11,240 bases of DNA, taken from contig JBDLKA010000110.1 of the NCBI GenBank assembly GCA_039714075.1, positions 1 to 11,240 on the forward strand. Direction: 5' to 3'. The notes under the pieces are model-generated. The model saw only the letters and a list, made by a program, of their open reading frames with translations. It was not told the origin of the DNA and did no database searches. This document shows positions 6,074 through 11,240 of this stretch, in pieces (the first letter of the stretch is position 1; every line of letters begins with the position of its first letter). This DNA comes from Candidatus Krumholzibacteriota bacterium (GTDB lineage Bacteria > Krumholzibacteriota > Krumholzibacteriia > LZORAL124-64-63). The position numbers and the translations under genes are program-made.

Positions 6074-7684
6074 CTATTTAACCAGCGCCACCCGCTGGGT
6101 TTCCACGAAGTCACCACCACTGAGCCGGATCAGGTAAACTCCGGAGGCCAGGGGCCGGCCTCCCTCGTCACGGCCGTCCCAGGTCGCCCGATATTCGTTC
6201 GCGGTCAGGTATCCGCTCGCGAGGGTTCGTATCCGGCGGCCGTTCAGGTCGTAGACCGCCAGCTCGGTGAATCCGTCCCGCGCCAGATCGAACCAGACCG
6301 TTGTCCGAGGGTTGAACGGGTTCGGGGCGGCCGGGCGCATCCGGCCGGCAGGCGCGGAGGGCAATCCGTCGTTTGAATCATCGCCCACGTGGGAAACGCC
6401 CCCCGCAGGGATGAAGGTGAAATCGGAGAAGACCACTTCCTGGTCGCTGGAGACATTCCCGTCGAACCGCCACATGTTCAGGTGCATGCGGGGCTGCTCG
6501 GGCCGGGGGATGTGCGGTCCGGAGTAGGTCCACGAGTGGATCATGTTGGCCGGCAATTCGTCGCCGGGGCCTCCGCGCCAGACCCGGTATTCGACCTTGT
6601 CCGCCAGCCAGCGCATGGCGTGGCTGACGACCTCGCCGTTGGAAAAGTTGTAGTCGAACTTTTCGAGGTTGCCGCCCCAGTCGTAGGGCTGGGCTACGAA
6701 CTGGCCGATGTCGGCGCCGGCGTTTCCCCAGTAGCTGTACTCGATATCGATCTCGTTGAAGGCGTTCCACCACAGGTAGCCGTTGTCCCAGCAGGGACCG
6801 TATTCCCACAGGAAGATGCCGAGCACGACCTGGGGATCCAGCAGGTCCAGGCGGCCGGTCGTCGTCAGGATGTAGTCGCCGTAGCCGAGAGCATCTTCGG
6901 TGACCACCTCGGTGGCGTACCAGGGCGAGCCCTTCTGCTGGAAGGTCAGGTGCAGGCCGTCGGCGTCCACCCAGACGCAGTCGGACGTATCGCAGAACAG
7001 GTTCGAACCGGGCCCGTAAAGACCGGGGCCCTTGATCCGCCAGGTGTAGCCGCCGAAGGAAAGCGTGTTCCCGCCCGGGAAATCGTTCCATTGAACCTCG
7101 TCGATGGTCGGCGAACTGGTGCTGAACAGGGTGACCTGGTCGTAATAGACGTCGGGTGACGGATCGGTCGGACTCTGGAGAACGCCCAACAGAAGATGGA
7201 TCGAGGCGGTCCCCGTGGGGGCGGCGGTGCTCACGAAAGAAAAGTCCAGATATTCGTCGGTCACCGAAGCTGCGTCAGCGACGGTGACGGATTCGAAGTC
7301 GATCATGGTGCCGCCGCCGTCCCACCATTCGATGTTGACGATGGCTGCGCACGCTCCGGTCAGGGGCTTGCCCGCGGGATGCTGGACGTGTCCGGTGACC
7401 GCCCACTGTTCACCGGGATCGCAATCCTGGCTCTGCCAGTACCCGGACACGTCCCAACCGCCCCAGTTCGGGCCGCTGACCCGGGCCGCCTTGGAGCCGT
7501 GCGTGGCGTCGGTGACCGAGCCGATCACGCCGAACTGGTTCCAGCCGCCGAAGACGGGTCCTCCCGAACCGGCGATTTCGAAACTGGGGTTGGCGAGGAT
7601 GCACTGTCCGGCCGCCTGTCCTGCGAAAAATACGCCGAGGGACAGGACGAGAGCGAGAGCTGACAGGGTACGCCTGGGTAGCAT
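6074..7684 (-). CDS. Secreted modular glycoside hydrolase: CBM4/9-like module, GH16-like catalytic domain, C-terminal FlgD-Ig/T9SS-type-A-like domain, 536 aa
   Basis: ATG at 7684 with GGAG 6 nt upstream, and a signal peptide. N-module LANPSFE...VYYDQVTL. GH16 catalytic motif NEIDIEY (EIDIE at 6740-6754) with LGYGDY and MHLNMW. C-terminus PNPFNPRTTVWFDL...VYDLNGRRIRTL...WDGRDEGGRPLASGVYLIRL (~6077-6340). Confidence 0.85.
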   Translation of the reverse strand: MLPRRTLSALALVLSLGVFFAGQAAGQCILANPSFEIAGSGGPVFGGWNQFGVIGSVTDATHGSKAARVSGPNWGGWDVSGYWQSQDCDPGEQWAVTGHVQHPAGKPLTGACAAIVNIEWWDGGGTMIDFESVTVADAASVTDEYLDFSFVSTAAPTGTASIHLLLGVLQSPTDPSPDVYYDQVTLFSTSSPTIDEVQWNDFPGGNTLSFGGYTWRIKGPGLYGPGSNLFCDTSDCVWVDADGLHLTFQQKGSPWYATEVVTEDALGYGDYILTTTGRLDLLDPQVVLGIFLWEYGPCWDNGYLWWNAFNEIDIEYSYWGNAGADIGQFVAQPYDWGGNLEKFDYNFSNGEVVSHAMRWLADKVEYRVWRGGPGDELPANMIHSWTYSGPHIPRPEQPRMHLNMWRFDGNVSSDQEVVFSDFTFIPAGGVSHVGDDSNDGLPSAPAGRMRPAAPNPFNPRTTVWFDLARDGFTELAVYDLNGRRIRTLASGYLTANEYRATWDGRDEGGRPLASGVYLIRLSGGDFVETQRVALVK

Positions 7685-7735
7685 GGCTGACTCCGGTGTT
7701 GGGTTGTCGATTCTCCGGCCCGGCGAGGGGCCCGA

Positions 7736-10700
7736 TTAATGATTGTTGAGCCCTGCTTCCGGAAGGCCCACCTTGATCAGGTGGATCCCGCCGCTGCGGG
7801 CGAAGAGTTCCGCGCTCAGCCGGGCATCGAGCAGGTTTCCGGTATGTTCGGACGTCGACCCGTCCGCCAACGTGACCTGGATCCACCCTTTTCCGGTGGT
7901 TTTCTCGTACACCACCGGGACCTGGCACAAGGTGAAGGCCAGGTTGCCCCGGGACAGCGTGATCGATCGGGCAACCCCTTCAACATCAAAATAGTTGAAT
8001 TCCTCCGGTCCCTTCAAAAACTCGCCGGAACCAAGGAGAACCGGCTGGAAACGGACGGCTCCATCCTGGATGCGGATCCCGAGTTCGCCGAACCGGGTGA
8101 GGATTTCCTCCTTCACCTGTCCGGTCATGCCCGGCTGCTTCGCCCCTCCGCCGGAGGGTGTATGCGAGTAGGGGTCGGTCGGAAAAGCACCGTACTCGGC
8201 CACCGTCTTCTGGTAGCCGATGCCGGAACGGACACGGAAGTACATTCTGGCCAGGCCCTCCTGTACGGCCGGGGCAACCCCTTCACGCTCGGCGCGCAGG
8301 ACGTTTTCCTGCACGGCCAACAAAAGCTTGGCGACCATGTGCCAGTAGATGCAGCCGAGGCCTTCATAACCGTACATGGCCCCCGAGCGCCCGGTGTAGG
8401 CCCTGTGCCGGAAAACATCCTCGAACAGATCGAGGACCGCGGTACGGTCCCGCGCCACGGCTTCCGACCATTCCTTCCGGCTCCCGAGATCTTCCAGGAC
8501 GGCGGCGAGGTCATCGCCGCTGCGGAAATCCCCGTGGAAACGGCAGACTCCGTCGGCATCCCTGGCGACCAGCGAGACGTCTTTCGCCGCCATGAGATCC
8601 TGCAAAAGCGGGATGGCTTCCACCTGGGATTCCGGAATCCTGTTCTTGGCCAAAAATCCCGGCAGTTCCCGTTCCGGGTAGAGCATGAAGCTGCGCTGAT
8701 CCGGTCGGTACATGGCGCTGGCGTAGAGCTGTTCCAGGACTTCAAGCGCTTCATCCGGTTCCAACATACCCGAACTCAGGATGGCGACCTGGCCCTCGAG
8801 CATTTCCTGCAGGTGAACGACCTCGACCCGGTTTTCGTCGTCGGCGATGTCCAGCAGATTGTAGGTGTGGAAGAGTCCGTCCTGGCGACGGTTGGCGGCG
8901 ATACCCTGGTCAATGAATTCCAGGGCGGTTCGGCACAGGCGGGCGACCCGGCGGACTTCGACGCTGGTCTTGCCCGAAAAACCGTGGGCATAGACGGTTT
9001 CCCGGTAAGCGGAGAATGCTCCACCCAAAAGGTCCATCAACCGCTTCCGGTCCCGCGCGGCGAGTCTTCGGGCCGCGAGCAGCCCTTTTTCATTTTCCAG
9101 GATGGATTCGATCTGGCCGAACCAGTCGGCGACCTCGGTGGATACCGGCAGTTCCGGATCCGCGGCTTCCTCGAGCAGGTTGGCCAGGAACGCAAGATAC
9201 CTGCGGAGATAACACAGGGTGACGACGGAAACCCCGCCCCCGCCCAGCGCGTTGTTCGCGTCGTTCCATTCGGGCCGCTGGGTGTTCATCCAGATGCCGG
9301 CGTCGGGAATCAGGTTCGAAAGCTTGGACAGGGCCGGCACGAGCAGTTTCTCGAAAAGATTCGCGTGGTGGATGGACCCGTTCCCGTCGGCCAGCAGTTT
9401 GCCGTCGGTGCCCCGGCCGGCGACACGCTCTTCGATCCGGGCGGCGCGCGTGTGGTCGAATTCGATCGTCGCGCGCGGATTGCGCAGGATTTCCGCATAG
9501 GACTTGATGATGTAGGGGACGTCGGCGTAGCTGAACATTTCCGTGCCGAGCATGGTCCCCAGCACTGCCGGATCGTGGCTGTGCAGGGCCTCCAGCAGTT
9601 TCAGCAGGTAGATGATCTGGTGGTCGCCCCAGTAACCGATGTTGCTCCAGGGGTCCTCCGCTGAAACGGTCTCCCAGTCCACCCCTTCCCGGGTGATGCG
9701 ATAGGGGTTGAATCCGTCCACGGTCGAGGCGTTGACGAATTTTGCGATGATACTCGGCAAAAATCCCGGGAACGATCTGCCGAGGGCCTCCCAGTTCTGG
9801 AATATATCCCGCCAATTGCCTTCGTAGTTGAGGGCCCGTTCCCCTTTCCGGTCACGAACCCTGATGGAAAAACGATTCCAGGGCCGGCTGGGGTCGCCGT
9901 GCCGCCTGCCGAAGTGGAGGGGAAGGTATTCGTGGCTGAGGCGTTCGAAGTCGGGGTCCCCGGTTTTGCCGGCTGTCTGGCGAAGCTCCTGAATCGTCAT
10001 CACCGTGGGCAGACCGGCAAGGAGGTGACGGTGGCGGTCGGCGACATATCCGTTCCGCAGGTCGAGGAAATCGGCGAAGTCGGCGACGGGCACGTCGTGG
10101 TTCCGGGTGAAAACCCCTCCCCGCATGTTGTTGAACAGAACGTTGGAGAAGTGATGGCTCCACGATTCGGGGCTGCCCGACAACTGGATGCCGTCCGCTC
10201 CGGCCACGTTCCGCCGGAGGTTATCTCCCGCCAGCCGAAGACTTTCGGTGATCCGGTCGTCCAGGGAAATTTCGGTGAGGATCCGTCCGCGCAGATGGGA
10301 AATCTGGATGTGATCGCGGCCGGTGTCGCCGACCAGGTGCCACTGGGAGGATGTTCCGGGTTCCAGGTCGAGACCGGCGCTCACCAGGTAGTTTCCCCGG
10401 GCTCCGTTGCGGACGCTTTCTTCGGAGAGGACCCGGCCGTTCCGGAAGGCATCAACGGCTTCAAGGGAGAGATGGACCCGGAATCCTTCCAGACCACAGC
10501 ACCAGACGGTGTTGGCCCGGAGAACCTCCAGGGCTTCCGCCCGGTCGATGATGCCGGTGGTGAGCGAGAAAATGCCGAGACCGGTCTCCTGGTCCACTTC
10601 GGACTTCTTGTAGGCGTCCACCAGGTTGCTCGACTGCTGGTACAGGGACAGGGGCGCGCCGTGAGGCAAAACGTTTCTCAGGCCGTCCAGGAGGTTGGCC

Positions 10701-11227
10701 CGGACGGGGGAGTTGCTCCGGTTTTCAAGGGTTGCCGACCGCACCCAGCCGAATTCGTCGCTTCCGGACCAGCAGTAGCGGAAGACCAGGCCGAGGTTAT
10801 GGTTGATTTCCTCGAAGACCAGGCGGCTGCCGGTGGTGTTCTTGAAGAGGTTCCGTTCCGTTCCCGGGTTTTCGGCGGTCGTGTCGGAAAAGGGCTCCCA
10901 CAGGAGGGAGGTGTCGTTTCCCTGTTCGATGTTGATCAGGGTCACCGGTCCGGTGTGGTGGTGGGCGTTGTGGAGCTGGTCCACCGTCCGGTAGGGAAAC
11001 AGGCTGCCGTCGGCATCCACGCGTCCGGCCGTCAATCCGCCGCCGGAAGCGATGAACATCCACAGGTCGGTATCGCTGGCCAGGCTCATCAGGAAGGGGG
11101 CCATGCGGTGATAGGACGAGATCCGGTAGTGGACTTCTCCGTCCATGACGACGAACGCGCCGGCGGGAGAGGAGGGCATGGCCTCGGCCCGGAGTGGAGC
11201 GGGTGCCGGCCTACCTTCCATGAGCAA
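7736..11227 (-). CDS. GH149 family beta-1,3-glucan phosphorylase (~1150 aa; start codon uncertain)
   Basis: Size and motifs match GH149 as I recall the family (Pro_7066/EgP1 type): WMFIASGGGLTAGR, SNLVDAYK, EYLPLHFGRRHGDPSRPWN, YEGNWRDIFQNWEAL, DGFNPYR, IGYWGDHQIIYL, WMNTQRPEWNDANNAL (WND at 9260-9268), EMLEGQVA, YEGLGCIYWHM, YGAFPTDPYSHTP, QPGMTGQVKE. No signal peptide. The frame is open to the window edge; candidate starts are TTG 11227, ATG 11221 and ATG 11179. Confidence 0.88.
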   Translation of the reverse strand: MLMEGRPAPAPLRAEAMPSSPAGAFVVMDGEVHYRISSYHRMAPFLMSLASDTDLWMFIASGGGLTAGRVDADGSLFPYRTVDQLHNAHHHTGPVTLINIEQGNDTSLLWEPFSDTTAENPGTERNLFKNTTGSRLVFEEINHNLGLVFRYCWSGSDEFGWVRSATLENRSNSPVRANLLDGLRNVLPHGAPLSLYQQSSNLVDAYKKSEVDQETGLGIFSLTTGIIDRAEALEVLRANTVWCCGLEGFRVHLSLEAVDAFRNGRVLSEESVRNGARGNYLVSAGLDLEPGTSSQWHLVGDTGRDHIQISHLRGRILTEISLDDRITESLRLAGDNLRRNVAGADGIQLSGSPESWSHHFSNVLFNNMRGGVFTRNHDVPVADFADFLDLRNGYVADRHRHLLAGLPTVMTIQELRQTAGKTGDPDFERLSHEYLPLHFGRRHGDPSRPWNRFSIRVRDRKGERALNYEGNWRDIFQNWEALGRSFPGFLPSIIAKFVNASTVDGFNPYRITREGVDWETVSAEDPWSNIGYWGDHQIIYLLKLLEALHSHDPAVLGTMLGTEMFSYADVPYIIKSYAEILRNPRATIEFDHTRAARIEERVAGRGTDGKLLADGNGSIHHANLFEKLLVPALSKLSNLIPDAGIWMNTQRPEWNDANNALGGGGVSVVTLCYLRRYLAFLANLLEEAADPELPVSTEVADWFGQIESILENEKGLLAARRLAARDRKRLMDLLGGAFSAYRETVYAHGFSGKTSVEVRRVARLCRTALEFIDQGIAANRRQDGLFHTYNLLDIADDENRVEVVHLQEMLEGQVAILSSGMLEPDEALEVLEQLYASAMYRPDQRSFMLYPERELPGFLAKNRIPESQVEAIPLLQDLMAAKDVSLVARDADGVCRFHGDFRSGDDLAAVLEDLGSRKEWSEAVARDRTAVLDLFEDVFRHRAYTGRSGAMYGYEGLGCIYWHMVAKLLLAVQENVLRAEREGVAPAVQEGLARMYFRVRSGIGYQKTVAEYGAFPTDPYSHTPSGGGAKQPGMTGQVKEEILTRFGELGIRIQDGAVRFQPVLLGSGEFLKGPEEFNYFDVEGVARSITLSRGNLAFTLCQVPVVYEKTTGKGWIQVTLADGSTSEHTGNLLDARLSAELFARSGGIHLIKVGLPEAGLNNH

Positions 11228-11240
11228 CCGCCAGGGAAGG

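Noticed and set aside
7714..7735. GC hairpin just after the GH149 stop (GGCCC/GGGCC)
   Set aside because: Short stem with no U-tract and only 51 bp to the GH16 start; not called a terminator, and co-transcription is more likely.
7739..9664. 641-aa plus-strand ORF
   Set aside because: Antisense shadow of the GH149 gene, expected in high-GC coding DNA; no recognisable motifs.
1..11240. CRISPR arrays, tRNA/rRNA genes, IS elements, prophage or defence genes
   Set aside because: No regularly spaced repeats, structural-RNA signatures, transposase/integrase motifs or terminal inverted repeats were seen.

Overview
GC-rich bacterial window. The C-terminal protein motifs suggest an FCB-group lineage such as Krumholzibacteriota/Latescibacterota/Eisenbacteria (inference only). 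It opens with a 5'-truncated DeaD/CsdA DEAD-box RNA helicase (<1-1419, +). The rest looks like a beta-1,3-glucan (laminarin-type) locus with no SusC/SusD pair inside the window. On the minus strand are a GH149 beta-1,3-glucan phosphorylase (7736-~11227) followed by a secreted CBM-GH16-FlgD/T9SS-like protein (6074-7684), and a translationally coupled GPH-family MFS sugar transporter (2417-3877) plus GH17 lipoprotein (1449-2420). Between these, on the plus strand, are two uncharacterised secreted proteins (4340-5059, 5256-6020) that share a 16-aa C-terminal tag (VxxEEMS[F/W]GxVKxL[F/Y]R), a candidate sorting signal. The divergent intergenic region 3878-4339 has two sigma70-like promoters, each overlapped by a copy of the same imperfect palindrome (TGTTCGG-N3-CCGAACA). 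This suggests that one repressor controls both the transporter operon and the first orphan secreted protein. Family assignments come from motif recognition; no database searches were run.
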